Shown here in pieces: positions 1-9,203 of a stretch of 32,000 bases of DNA (positions are counted from its first letter, which is position 1; each line of letters starts with the position of its first letter). This stretch comes from Promethearchaeum syntrophicum (GTDB lineage: Archaea > Asgardarchaeota > Lokiarchaeia > Sigyniarchaeales > Promethearchaeaceae), in assembly GCF_008000775.2 (NCBI RefSeq), contig NZ_CP042905.2, forward strand, positions 1,890,001-1,922,000, written 5' to 3'. The notes below the pieces were generated by a model that was given only the letters and a program-made list of their open reading frames with translations, had not been told where the DNA came from and ran no database searches. A program made the position numbers and the translations under genes.

Positions 1-427
1 CTGATTTATTAAAAGTAACTGGTACACCATTTCTTTTATAAAAACTCGCAATTTTAGAGAATACATATTGTTTTGAGGCATTCCAACTCACTGTTTTAGG
101 AATTACCTTATCATTAATGGTGTTTTTGTCGTTTTCACCCACTAAATAATAAAAAAATCCAAACATTTGTTTTTTAGTAATATCCGTTCGATTTATCGGC
201 TCTGTTATTAAATCTGCATGGTGTTCGTTTATAAGAATTTCAGGTGTTTTCTCAAGAAAATCGCAATATTTCTTAAATACACCTACTCGTAATCGCTGAT
301 CTTTTACTCCATCTAACCATTTGATGATATATTTATCTTTCATATATTTTTCAAGATCGATTCGTTTCTTGACAAAATTTTCATGAGCAATTTTTTTATC
401 TTGTGCAGTTTCGTATTTTTTCCCCAT
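1..427 (-). CDS. Partial CDS cut by left window edge; resembles the N-terminal/core-binding region of an archaeal tyrosine recombinase or a related hypothetical protein
   Basis: The reverse strand is open from ATG (revcomp at 425-427) to the window edge: MGKKYETAQDKKIAHENFVKKRIDLEKYMKDKYIIKWLDGVKDQRLRVGVFKKYCDFLEKTPEILI...SKIASFYKRNGVPVTFNKS. The 'W..G......R.GVFKKYCDFLEKTPEILI' and 'FYKRNGVPV' segments look like a SAM-like integrase core-binding domain. The catalytic domain is not in the window. Confidence 0.4.
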   Translation of the reverse strand, partial: MGKKYETAQDKKIAHENFVKKRIDLEKYMKDKYIIKWLDGVKDQRLRVGVFKKYCDFLEKTPEILINEHHADLITEPINRTDITKKQMFGFFYYLVGENDKNTINDKVIPKTVSWNASKQYVFSKIASFYKRNGVPVTFNKS

Positions 428-487
428 AATTATACTATAAAATTGTAAGTTTATAAAATTTACGGGAATTTAAGGCTTTTCTATAAT

Positions 488-511
488 AACATTTTGCTTT
501 AACAAAATGTT
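488..511. promoter_or_regulatory. Perfect 9-bp inverted repeat with 6-nt spacer in a divergent intergenic region; candidate operator
   Basis: AACATTTTG-CTTTAA-CAAAATGTT, between the leftward partial CDS and the rightward PfkB kinase gene; no T-tract follows. Confidence 0.35.
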
Positions 512-592
512 GAAATTATTATAATATTCATTCCAGTTAATCCGAAAAATTTTTAGTTAGACAATTAAATGATCTATCTATTGGGGAATTAG

Positions 593-1633
593 ATGGCACT
601 GAAAAAAATCGTATGTATAGGTGATGTTTTTTTAGATATAATTCCGTCCGTCTTTCCGATTGTAAAAGATGAAATTCTATCAGATGGAGAAACTTTTGTA
701 GATTCCGTCACTTTTCAAAAAGGAGGATGTGGGGGCAATTTTTCTTGCGTTTTGAAGTCCGTTATGCCTATGGCTGAAGTTTCTTTAGTGTCGCGTGTTG
801 GGAAACTACCCTATAGTGATTTTTTAATCTCAGAAATTAAAAAATTTGGAGTTATCCCAATTTTTCAAATCGATTATGAGGAAAGAACCCAAGTGTCAAT
901 AGGAGTCTCATATATTGATGGACAAAGACATTTTCTTACATTTTTAGGAGGTTTGAAGAATTTTACAATAAATGATATTCCAGAAGAAATCTTTACAGAT
1001 TTACATCATCTAGCTTTTCGCGGAATATGGTTTGCTGAAAAATTACTACTAAAATCTGAGCTTTTCATAAAAAAAGCAAACACATTGGGTGTTGACATAT
1101 CCATAGACTTAGGATTTGACCCTTATTGGAATTTCCACAAACAAGAGTTTTCATCCCAACAAAATATGGAAAAAAGACGTTTAGCTGTCATTGAAACGTT
1201 GAAATATGTAAAATTTATATTTGGAAATGAAATTGAATTCATGCAATTAACCAATACTAAATCATTAGAAGAAGCCATTAATGAAATTATTAATAGAGGG
1301 GTTAAAAACATCATTGTACATCGCGGAAATAAAGGGTGTCGGATAATTCAAACTTCAAGAATGAATCCAACCAAAGCTGAGTTTTCAGTAGATATTCCCG
1401 CATTAGATGTAGAAGTTAAAAATCCAATAGGATCTGGTGATACTTTCGATAGCATATTTTTAACTGAAGTAATGGAAGGAAAAACCTTGATTCAAGCAGC
1501 AGCCATAGCAACTGCAGGAGCTGCCTATTCTTTGTCAAACCCCGCGGGAACAATTATCACGATAGATAAAATTAGGAAATTTAGCTCACAATTTCCAGTA
1601 TTAACCCCATTTCTTAACTACTTCAAAATCTAG
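593..1633 (+). CDS. PfkB-family carbohydrate kinase
   Basis: N-terminal IVCIGDVFLDI and GGCGGNFSC, and C-terminal NPIGSGDTFDSIFLTEVMEG matching the PfkB signature 2 (GxGD) with catalytic Asp. GGGG-containing SD-like stretch upstream of the ATG. Confidence 0.9.
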   Translation: MALKKIVCIGDVFLDIIPSVFPIVKDEILSDGETFVDSVTFQKGGCGGNFSCVLKSVMPMAEVSLVSRVGKLPYSDFLISEIKKFGVIPIFQIDYEERTQVSIGVSYIDGQRHFLTFLGGLKNFTINDIPEEIFTDLHHLAFRGIWFAEKLLLKSELFIKKANTLGVDISIDLGFDPYWNFHKQEFSSQQNMEKRRLAVIETLKYVKFIFGNEIEFMQLTNTKSLEEAINEIINRGVKNIIVHRGNKGCRIIQTSRMNPTKAEFSVDIPALDVEVKNPIGSGDTFDSIFLTEVMEGKTLIQAAAIATAGAAYSLSNPAGTIITIDKIRKFSSQFPVLTPFLNYFKI

Positions 1634-1763
1634 TCGTTTGCTCTCTTGAGAAATTGTTCTTTTTGTTTTAAATCTTGCTTTTTCAATAAATCAACCCTAA
1701 AAATGGTTATATATTCTAATCTTTTCTAAAGCTTTTTAAACCGAACGAGAAATTGTTTTAATA

Positions 1764-2903
1764 ATGGTAATAATGGAATCCGAAAACAGAATTCTTGATT
1801 GTCATATACACTACGCTTTACCCGTTAATCCACAAGAATTATTTGGCATTTTGGAATATACTAAAACAGACATGGCCAATTTGGTGATCGTTCCCGACGC
1901 TCAACGTATTTCATCCGTTCCCGATGCTTTAATGGTGAAATATCTAAATCCAATGAAGATTTTTGTGTTTGGAAGCCTTGACGTTTCACAATATTTTATC
2001 CACAACAAATCTATTGGTAGACATTTTGTCAAATATGTGAAAAGAATGCTGCTTTGCGGGTGTGACGGAATCAAAATGATTGAAGGAAAACCGGATTTAA
2101 GACGAACAGTACCAATACCTGATTTTGATTTACCTGCATGGGAACCATTTTGGAGTTTTGCAGAGGAAATTGGTTTGCCAATTATATGGCACGTCAATGA
2201 TCCAGAAGAATTTTGGGATGAGTTCAAAATTCCTTCATGGGCGAAAAGTCAAGGGTGGTACTATGGGGAAGAAACAATCAATAACGAAGTGCAATATACT
2301 CAAGTTTTCACGGTATTGAAGAGACATCCAAATCTAAAAATCATATTCGCTCATTTTTTCTTTATGTCTGCACAATTGGATCGTTTATCCAAAATTTTTG
2401 ATAATTTTCCTAATGTTTGTGTTGATTTGACGCCAGGGATCGAAATGTATGTGAACTTATCAAGAAATCAAGAAGCTGCTATCCGATTTTTTGAAAAATA
2501 TCAAACGCGTATCCTTTACGGAACTGATATAGGGGCCAGATGTGTGATAGCACATGAATCTGAATTAAACAAAGCAGAAAGTATAAATCGTTCTAATTTA
2601 GTTCGAACTTTTTTAACAAAACCAGGCCATATCACAGTGAAATCCGATGGTGATTTTTTGATTGGGATGGAAGATTTTGATTTATATGGTCTCAATTTAA
2701 AACGGGAAATAACCCAAAAAATATTTTGTGGCAACTTTTTACGTATTGTGGGAGAAAAACCAAACGTTGTCAATCCAAAAAGGGTTATCAAAGAATGTAA
2801 AAAAATCAAATCCATGATTAGAATCATGTCACTAATTAAAAGAATTCCGGTTGCTGACTATTCTTACGCTAATCAGGTAATCGATTTTTTCAAACAGAAA
2901 TAA
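1764..2903 (+). CDS. Amidohydrolase-family (amidohydrolase 2-like TIM barrel) metal-dependent hydrolase
   Basis: LDCHIHY near the N-terminus (HxH), IIWHVNDP, IIFAHFFF, and RILYGTDIG near the C-terminus (metal-binding Asp). Confidence 0.8.
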   Translation: MVIMESENRILDCHIHYALPVNPQELFGILEYTKTDMANLVIVPDAQRISSVPDALMVKYLNPMKIFVFGSLDVSQYFIHNKSIGRHFVKYVKRMLLCGCDGIKMIEGKPDLRRTVPIPDFDLPAWEPFWSFAEEIGLPIIWHVNDPEEFWDEFKIPSWAKSQGWYYGEETINNEVQYTQVFTVLKRHPNLKIIFAHFFFMSAQLDRLSKIFDNFPNVCVDLTPGIEMYVNLSRNQEAAIRFFEKYQTRILYGTDIGARCVIAHESELNKAESINRSNLVRTFLTKPGHITVKSDGDFLIGMEDFDLYGLNLKREITQKIFCGNFLRIVGEKPNVVNPKRVIKECKKIKSMIRIMSLIKRIPVADYSYANQVIDFFKQK

Positions 2904-2942
2904 ATTTTTTAATAAATTTAAAAGTGGAGAGCAAAAAGAAAA

Positions 2943-4355
2943 ATGAAGAAATTAACGAAAAAACAACTTCCATTGTATGCTTTTGCAGGTTTTGGACCAA
3001 GTTTTCTGGGACTTATACTCGGTTCTTATTTGATTAATGCCTTAGATACTAGTGGATTTGATATTGGAGTGGAGAACTGGACTTATGCGAATAAAATATT
3101 GGTTGTCACAACCGTATTCAGTGTAATGGTTTTCATTGCTAAAATGTTAGATGGAATTACAGATGTTCCCTTCGCTGCGTTGACCGACTCCCTAAAGACA
3201 AAATGGGGGAAAAGAAGACCTGCGATATTAATAGGTTTCGTTCCTATGGTTCTTTCCTACGTTCTGTTCCTGTTTCCGCCTTCGAGTGATGAATTTAGTA
3301 TGCTGAATACCATTTACCTTGGAATATTGCTAATGGTTTATTTTTCTGCATACACCTTGACCTTTGTTACATATTATGGTACATATTCCGAAATAACTGA
3401 ATCATCAGAAGATAGGATTAGTTTATCGAACTGGAAAGCCTTTTTTGATACGATTCATTACAGCATCGGCTATGCAGTTATTCCTCTTATCGTTGGGGCA
3501 GAAATCAATATTAAAATCATCGGTTTGGGCGTACTCCCACTGATGCTTACAATGTTAATCGCTATCGTTATGATCAAGGAGAAATCAACCTTACCCAAAG
3601 ATGTTGCTGAAGCAAAACAAGAAACTGAAAGGTCTTCAGATTCACCTCCGGAAGAAGAAGATGTCGGTTTTATGGAAAGTGTTAAACTCACCGCCAAGAA
3701 TAAAGGATTTATGATTTGGCTTTCGGTGATGGCAGCCTTCTTTTTTGGACTTCAACTATTTTTAGCGGGACAAAGTGTGCTTGCATCGGGAGCCATGGGA
3801 TTCGAGGGATGGCAAATTGCAATTCTAAATACTTCTGCTTTTGCTCCAGTTCCTATAACACTACTTATTTATAGGAAAATAATGAAAAAGAGAGGCTTCC
3901 GTTTCGCTTTCCAAACAGCTCTCTTTGCCTTTGCATTAGCCATGATTTCGTTCGTTATTGCATATGTTGAATGGATTCCAAGTGTATGGGTGCGTTTGAT
4001 TATCGGAATCACTGGTGGAACAATCGGCAGCTATGGTATCGGTGCGTTTTTCTCTGCTCCATATACTATACCTTCACAGATGGCCGCAGAAGAATTAGCA
4101 GCTACAGGGAAAAGCCACCCTTCAATGTATTTTGCGATGCAAGGATTATTTAATGCAATTGTTGCTGCAATCAGCACCAGTCTCGTCTGGTTGAACATTC
4201 GCGATGAGACCCGCCCAGGGGAGGAGTTCTTTGGGGTACATCTCATGCCTTACATAGTTGCAGGTTCTTGTCTTGTTGCGATTATATTGGCTTTCTTTTT
4301 GCCAAAATCCTTCAGTCAACTAGGTCGAGCTGAAAAGGAGAAGTTTAGTGAATAG
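2943..4355 (+). CDS. MFS / glycoside-pentoside-hexuronide (GPH, MelB-like) family transporter
   Basis: About 12 hydrophobic segments; DGITDVPFAALTDSLKTKWGKRRPAILIGFVPM matches the GPH/MFS loop 2-3 motif. Confidence 0.85.
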   Translation: MKKLTKKQLPLYAFAGFGPSFLGLILGSYLINALDTSGFDIGVENWTYANKILVVTTVFSVMVFIAKMLDGITDVPFAALTDSLKTKWGKRRPAILIGFVPMVLSYVLFLFPPSSDEFSMLNTIYLGILLMVYFSAYTLTFVTYYGTYSEITESSEDRISLSNWKAFFDTIHYSIGYAVIPLIVGAEINIKIIGLGVLPLMLTMLIAIVMIKEKSTLPKDVAEAKQETERSSDSPPEEEDVGFMESVKLTAKNKGFMIWLSVMAAFFFGLQLFLAGQSVLASGAMGFEGWQIAILNTSAFAPVPITLLIYRKIMKKRGFRFAFQTALFAFALAMISFVIAYVEWIPSVWVRLIIGITGGTIGSYGIGAFFSAPYTIPSQMAAEELAATGKSHPSMYFAMQGLFNAIVAAISTSLVWLNIRDETRPGEEFFGVHLMPYIVAGSCLVAIILAFFLPKSFSQLGRAEKEKFSE

Positions 4356-4379
4356 TGGGCTGTTTATCCTTTAGATTAT

Positions 4380-4410
4380 AAAAGAGTAGAGAGTAAAAGC
4401 TCTTTTTTTT
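4380..4410 (+). terminator. Putative hairpin/T-tract terminator downstream of the transporter gene
   Basis: AAAAGAG...CTCTTTTTTTT inverted repeat (4380-4386 / 4400-4410) ending in a T-run, followed by another T-run (aatttttt). Confidence 0.45.
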
Positions 4411-4446
4411 AATTTTTTCCTATATGATTTCGAAGAAAAAAAGTTT

Positions 4447-5598
4447 TTGACAAATAATTTCTATTTAAAATCATCAATGAATTTATTTTTCGAAGAAATT
4501 TCTTCTCAAGGAATGGCATTAAAGCGGACTCTGGATTATATAAAAGATAAATTTGAAAATCTTTTTGGACAAATTAAAATTTTAATCAAAGATAGGAAAA
4601 TTTCAAAGTTGATTTTTACGGGAATGGGGTCGAGCTTTTTCTGCAATTATGTTCCTCTTTACATGTTAAAACAAGTGGGTTTTGATGTTGAAATGATAGA
4701 TGCAGGAGAATTTCTATTTCATGGGGTCCCAGAGAATAATGAGCTCGCTTTTGAAACCACCTGTATCATTTTAGTATCTCAATCTGGCGAATCTGGCGAA
4801 ATAGTGGAATTACTTCAAAAATTAAATATGTTACGGTCAAAACCTATGACTATTGGTATTACAAATACCCCCAAAAGTTATTTAGCTAACCATTCTACTA
4901 TGCAACTCTATCTAAACGCAGGGAAAGAAGAAACGGTTACATCAAAAACCTACGTTTGTTCCATTTTAATCCTTTATTTCTTAGCAAAATCAATTATAAC
5001 ACAAAATATTTCCATGGTTAGTGAAATTAAGGAAATTGAACAAATAATTGATTTTGTATCCAAATTATTTCAATTTGATCAATCTTTAGAGAGAATTATG
5101 CAAACACTTCAAAATGTTAATAAAAACTTCGGATCGGATTACAAATTTGTTCAAATATTAGCTAGAGGGCCATCATTATCAACAGCACATCAAGCTGCTT
5201 TAAATTTCAAAGAAATTGTAAAAATTAACTCTGAAGCATCATCAATTTCCACCTTTAGACACGGTGGAATTGAAAGTTTGACCGAATTGTCTAAAATAAT
5301 TATATTATCATCATCCGACAAAGATCATATTTTAGATAATCGTTTCATTAGAAATTTTATCGAAAAATGGAGTTTTGGAACCCTATTCTACATCACATCT
5401 CAAAAATTTAAATCAATCGATGAAGAAATTCGTACAAATCCCAAAATCTTTATTATCTCATATGATTTTAAAAATCATTTCTTAGCTCCAATTGTTGAAA
5501 TTATCATTTTACAGCTCATGATTTATAATACAGCATTAAAAAGAGAAATAACCCCCGGTCTATTTAGATTTACTCAGAAAATAACTCGAGGATTATAA
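4447..5598 (+). CDS. SIS-domain sugar isomerase/deglycase (GlmS-isomerase/FrlB-like)
   Basis: FTGMGSSFFCNYVP, ILVSQSGESGEIVELL, AGKEETVTSKTYV, LARGPSLSTAHQAALNFKEIVKINSEA and FRHGG: duplicated SIS-fold signatures. The start may be ATG at 4477 rather than TTG at 4447. Confidence 0.8.
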   Translation: MTNNFYLKSSMNLFFEEISSQGMALKRTLDYIKDKFENLFGQIKILIKDRKISKLIFTGMGSSFFCNYVPLYMLKQVGFDVEMIDAGEFLFHGVPENNELAFETTCIILVSQSGESGEIVELLQKLNMLRSKPMTIGITNTPKSYLANHSTMQLYLNAGKEETVTSKTYVCSILILYFLAKSIITQNISMVSEIKEIEQIIDFVSKLFQFDQSLERIMQTLQNVNKNFGSDYKFVQILARGPSLSTAHQAALNFKEIVKINSEASSISTFRHGGIESLTELSKIIILSSSDKDHILDNRFIRNFIEKWSFGTLFYITSQKFKSIDEEIRTNPKIFIISYDFKNHFLAPIVEIIILQLMIYNTALKREITPGLFRFTQKITRGL

Positions 5599-5828
5599 CT
5601 TCTCAGAGTATAAGTAAAATTTTTTTTTTTGACTTTCAATCTTACACAAATAACCTTTTAGAATAATATTTTTGGAAAACTAAAAAATCACAAGCAAAAA
5701 TGAATTCAGAAAGAAAAGAATTAAATATTCCAAATCGATAAAATGTCTTAGTCGTCTGTGAAATTAAGGTAAGGGCATTTATTTTCCATAACATCGTTAA
5801 ATAAGCAGAATAATGGGGAGGCAGAAAA

Positions 5829-6521
5829 ATTAGAGAAATTATTTTTAAAACGATATTGGAACTTCTAGAGTTATCTGCATTTGAATTAGAATTTCAAAAC
5901 AGAGCTAAATTAAATTTATTCAGTGAAAAATGGAAAAATTGCACATTAACAAAATCAAGACAGAAAAAATTGAGGAATTACCTCTATAACCACATTAAAA
6001 TTATCCTTTTCTCCGAAAATAGTAAGGATTTTTATGAAATTACCTTGAAACCATTTATTCATCATGAACATTATTCAATCATGGATAGTTTTAAAACTTC
6101 AAAGGATTCTAGGGAAAAAAATCTACTCTATAGAATGATTTATTTCAAGCATAATCTTGAAGACTTATTTATTTTGCTTACTAATGTAATTGCATGGGAA
6201 CACCAGAATTATCCTGCATTATTGGAAAACGCTTTATTAAGTAAATATAATGAAGAATATGAAGAAGGAATTCAAAAAAATGATGATTTACTTCTCTACT
6301 ATGTCCGATTTCTCGATGTGTTATCTTCAGAGGAGATTATTTCATTATTTGATTTAGATTCTTTAAGATTTACAATCAAAAGGGATTTTGGAAGTATTGG
6401 AATTAAACCTTTAGAATCTCTATTTCTATTTTCCGATTGGCCTGTATATAATTCTCAGACTTTTTTTACTCGCTTCCCTACTTTTCGAGAAAATTTATCA
6501 AAAAAAATTGCAATGCAATAA
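5829..6521 (+). CDS. Hypothetical protein (~230 aa); start probably upstream of the TTG given in the ORF track
   Basis: Long ORF (track: 5856..6521). The frame is open back to 5814. A strong SD-like GGGGAGG (5815-5821) is spaced 7 nt from ATT at 5829. Confidence 0.55.
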   Translation: MREIIFKTILELLELSAFELEFQNRAKLNLFSEKWKNCTLTKSRQKKLRNYLYNHIKIILFSENSKDFYEITLKPFIHHEHYSIMDSFKTSKDSREKNLLYRMIYFKHNLEDLFILLTNVIAWEHQNYPALLENALLSKYNEEYEEGIQKNDDLLLYYVRFLDVLSSEEIISLFDLDSLRFTIKRDFGSIGIKPLESLFLFSDWPVYNSQTFFTRFPTFRENLSKKIAMQ

Positions 6522-6606
6522 ATCGAAGATTGATGCAATCAAAAAAATTGCTAACTAGAATATATTTTTATATTAATATCTTCATAAATTTATTAGGGAA
6601 TAGATT

Positions 6607-6855
6607 ATGTTAGGTAAGCAAACTCAGAAGATGATTTTTCCATATAAAACCGCTTATGATGAGCAGTGGGATGAAACTTGGGCGGCAGATTGGAAGAAAA
6701 TATCCGAGATATTCGATCTTATTGATGAATTGGAATCTACTTTCAATACATTAGAGGTTTCTGTCTTAAGAGAATTATCCCAAAAAAAATTAATAATTGA
6801 TCTTCAGAAATATGCCTATTCATTAAGTGTGTGGATTCAAAATAAATATAAATAA
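6607..6855 (+). CDS. Small hypothetical protein (82 aa), predicted helical
   Basis: Complete ORF with GGGA-type SD just upstream; codon-like composition. No recognised family. Confidence 0.55.
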   Translation: MLGKQTQKMIFPYKTAYDEQWDETWAADWKKISEIFDLIDELESTFNTLEVSVLRELSQKKLIIDLQKYAYSLSVWIQNKYK

Positions 6856-6986
6856 ATTAAATCACTGGTTTTTATTTTAATCCTTTTTTGATCTCTTCTA
6901 CTTTTTTCGATCGAATTTATTAAAATTATTATCTTATTATGTTCTTTTTTCCAAATATTTTAAGCAAGAAAAAACAATGTGAGTTT

Positions 6987-7775
6987 ATGAGTGTACCTCC
7001 CGAATTACAAGATACTTTCATAGGTTTAATATATGAAAGTGGAATAATATTTTTGTTTTTAATACTACTTGTATTAATTATAATTCATTATAATAAGAAG
7101 AAAACATTGAACACTTTTCTTCTACTTGCCTCATTTACCTTTATGTTTTTGGCGATTGTTTTTTCCTGGTTATCTAAATTTCTGCTAATTCGGGAAATTG
7201 TCCCTGAATTTGTTGATATGGATCCTAATATGCCGATTTTTTGGATTTCTGCTTTAATTGTGCAATTTCGTATTAGTTTTGTGGTGATAGTTATTGCATC
7301 CGATATAACACATATTCTGAAGGTAAAAATATTTGATGATACACCTAATAAGGTAGAAAGATGGATATTAATAATTCTTTCATTATTTACAATCATTTTT
7401 GCAGTAACTGCAATGGAGCAAGGAAATGTTTTATTAGATGTTCTTGCCTTTTTATTTGTTTTAATAATTATGTGTTATGTCTATATTCCTTTTGTTGCTG
7501 CTTCTTTGAAAATGTATCGTATAATGAAAGAACCACATTATAAAAGAGCATCATTATCATTAGCAATTTTGGGTCTTTCTTTCATTATGGTGTTTATTGG
7601 ATTTTTAGCTGATAGATTAATGATATTGCTTACAGATAGCCTCGGTTATACTCCTTTCTATTTTGCCGCCTGGGGATTTGTTATTGTTGGAACTTTTGCA
7701 GCATATATGGGGTATATAAGGACATCCCGGCAAAAATCTCTAAAAGAAGAGAAACAAATCGAGCAAAAAGAGTAA
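6987..7775 (+). CDS. Polytopic (about 7 TM) membrane protein, uncharacterised
   Basis: Track ORF starts at 6939, but ATG at 6987 (MSVPPELQDTFIGLIYESG...) is the more likely start. Seven hydrophobic helices. Confidence 0.65.
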   Translation: MSVPPELQDTFIGLIYESGIIFLFLILLVLIIIHYNKKKTLNTFLLLASFTFMFLAIVFSWLSKFLLIREIVPEFVDMDPNMPIFWISALIVQFRISFVVIVIASDITHILKVKIFDDTPNKVERWILIILSLFTIIFAVTAMEQGNVLLDVLAFLFVLIIMCYVYIPFVAASLKMYRIMKEPHYKRASLSLAILGLSFIMVFIGFLADRLMILLTDSLGYTPFYFAAWGFVIVGTFAAYMGYIRTSRQKSLKEEKQIEQKE

Positions 7776-7792
7776 TCTCAACTCTTATTTTT

Positions 7793-9109
7793 TCATTTAT
7801 CTTTTAAAATTTTTGTAAGATCTGATCGTTCTGAAGGTTTTTTTCTAAATTTTGACCCGATTTTGACCATTATCCATTCAAAACTAAATTTATATTTGTG
7901 TTTTTCCCATTTTTTTAAAATTATCAACCACGATCCGAATACTATGATTAAAAATAGCAAATTCAAACCAAAATTCGTCATTACTACATCCTTTTCTCCC
8001 GAAAAACTTCCAAAAGCTGTATGGAAAATGAATGACCATAATGTGCACCAGAATGGCTCTAACATAAATAAAGTTAGTGAAAGAATTCCGAATCTTCTAA
8101 TTAATATTGTTTTTTCTGCAATTTTTGCGTGTTTCTCATCCGAGCAATAGTCTATTTTTTCAAAAAACCATGGAAACCAAAGCATCATTATACCCAAATT
8201 TAAAAGATATAAATCAGGGGGAATCATTTTATATTTAAAGAAAAATGACATCAAATTACCTTCAACGGTAAAAATATGATATATAGCAAGTATTATACTT
8301 ATAATTATTAACGAAAATCCTACTTTTTTAGCGAAATTTTTTATTTCTTGAATGCTCTTCTGTTCTGCTAAATAAATCCCTAAAATTATCCCAAAAGCAA
8401 CATATCCGCCATACGGCAATAAGCAATGCATAGTCCCTGAAATAAAGGAAAGAAAAAGAGCAGGGATGTAATACAAACCCCCTTTATTTAAGAAGGAAAT
8501 AAAAATCGGATAAAGTAAATTCCATAATGGTTGCGAAACTGCTAGTATTATTGCTCCGAATTCAAGTATAATTTTAATACTACGCTTTGTGTTTTGGAAA
8601 CCTTGCTTTCTCCAAATTATCCAAAGAAGGAGACAGGTAAGATATCCACTTGCTGAAATCATCGCTAAAGCATCAGCTCTAAAGAATAATTCTATCGGGG
8701 GGAGACTAATTTGCTGTAACTCAATCGAACCAGTTATAAGTGAATGGTTAAATCCATTTCCAGTTAAAGATTCTGATACTCTATTAAATAATCCTAAGAA
8801 TATGAAATGTATAATTAAAACTAGAGTAGAATTTATGAAACATCCTTGTAATGCTACACCAATATCTTCCTTTTTTTTCATTCTGAGGTAAATTTGATAT
8901 GAATTTACAAGCCCTGTTATAAGTGCAAATATCCCTGCCCAAGTTCCGAAGATAAGAAGAGGCGCGAATATAACTAAAGGCGATTTGGGTAATAATGTTC
9001 GGGCGTTTTCTTCATTTAGCATTATTCCATAAGTAATAGCATGGTTTACTATAACCCCAATTATGGCTAAACCTCGAATAAAATCCAAAGATAAAATCCT
9101 TTTACCCAT
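7793..9109 (-). CDS. Multipass acyltransferase-like membrane protein (HGSNAT/DUF1624-like N-terminus, DUF418-like C-terminus)
   Basis: RILSLDFIRGLAIIGVIVNHAI N-terminal motif; TLFMLEPFWCTLWSFIF...GSWLIILKKWEKHKYKFSFEWIM C-terminal DUF418-like segment. Confidence 0.7.
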   Translation of the reverse strand: MGKRILSLDFIRGLAIIGVIVNHAITYGIMLNEENARTLLPKSPLVIFAPLLIFGTWAGIFALITGLVNSYQIYLRMKKKEDIGVALQGCFINSTLVLIIHFIFLGLFNRVSESLTGNGFNHSLITGSIELQQISLPPIELFFRADALAMISASGYLTCLLLWIIWRKQGFQNTKRSIKIILEFGAIILAVSQPLWNLLYPIFISFLNKGGLYYIPALFLSFISGTMHCLLPYGGYVAFGIILGIYLAEQKSIQEIKNFAKKVGFSLIIISIILAIYHIFTVEGNLMSFFFKYKMIPPDLYLLNLGIMMLWFPWFFEKIDYCSDEKHAKIAEKTILIRRFGILSLTLFMLEPFWCTLWSFIFHTAFGSFSGEKDVVMTNFGLNLLFLIIVFGSWLIILKKWEKHKYKFSFEWIMVKIGSKFRKKPSERSDLTKILKDK

Positions 9110-9203
9110 TACTACTCAAATAATATTCCGTAATCAAAATTATTAAAATCAATAAGTAGATCACTAAGTAGATTGATAATAAATTATAAAAAAAAAAAGT
9201 GTT

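Noticed and set aside
1-427. Mobile element or integrated provirus at the left edge
   Set aside because: Only a partial integrase-like N-terminus is visible, with no att site, tRNA or viral genes; insufficient to call an element.
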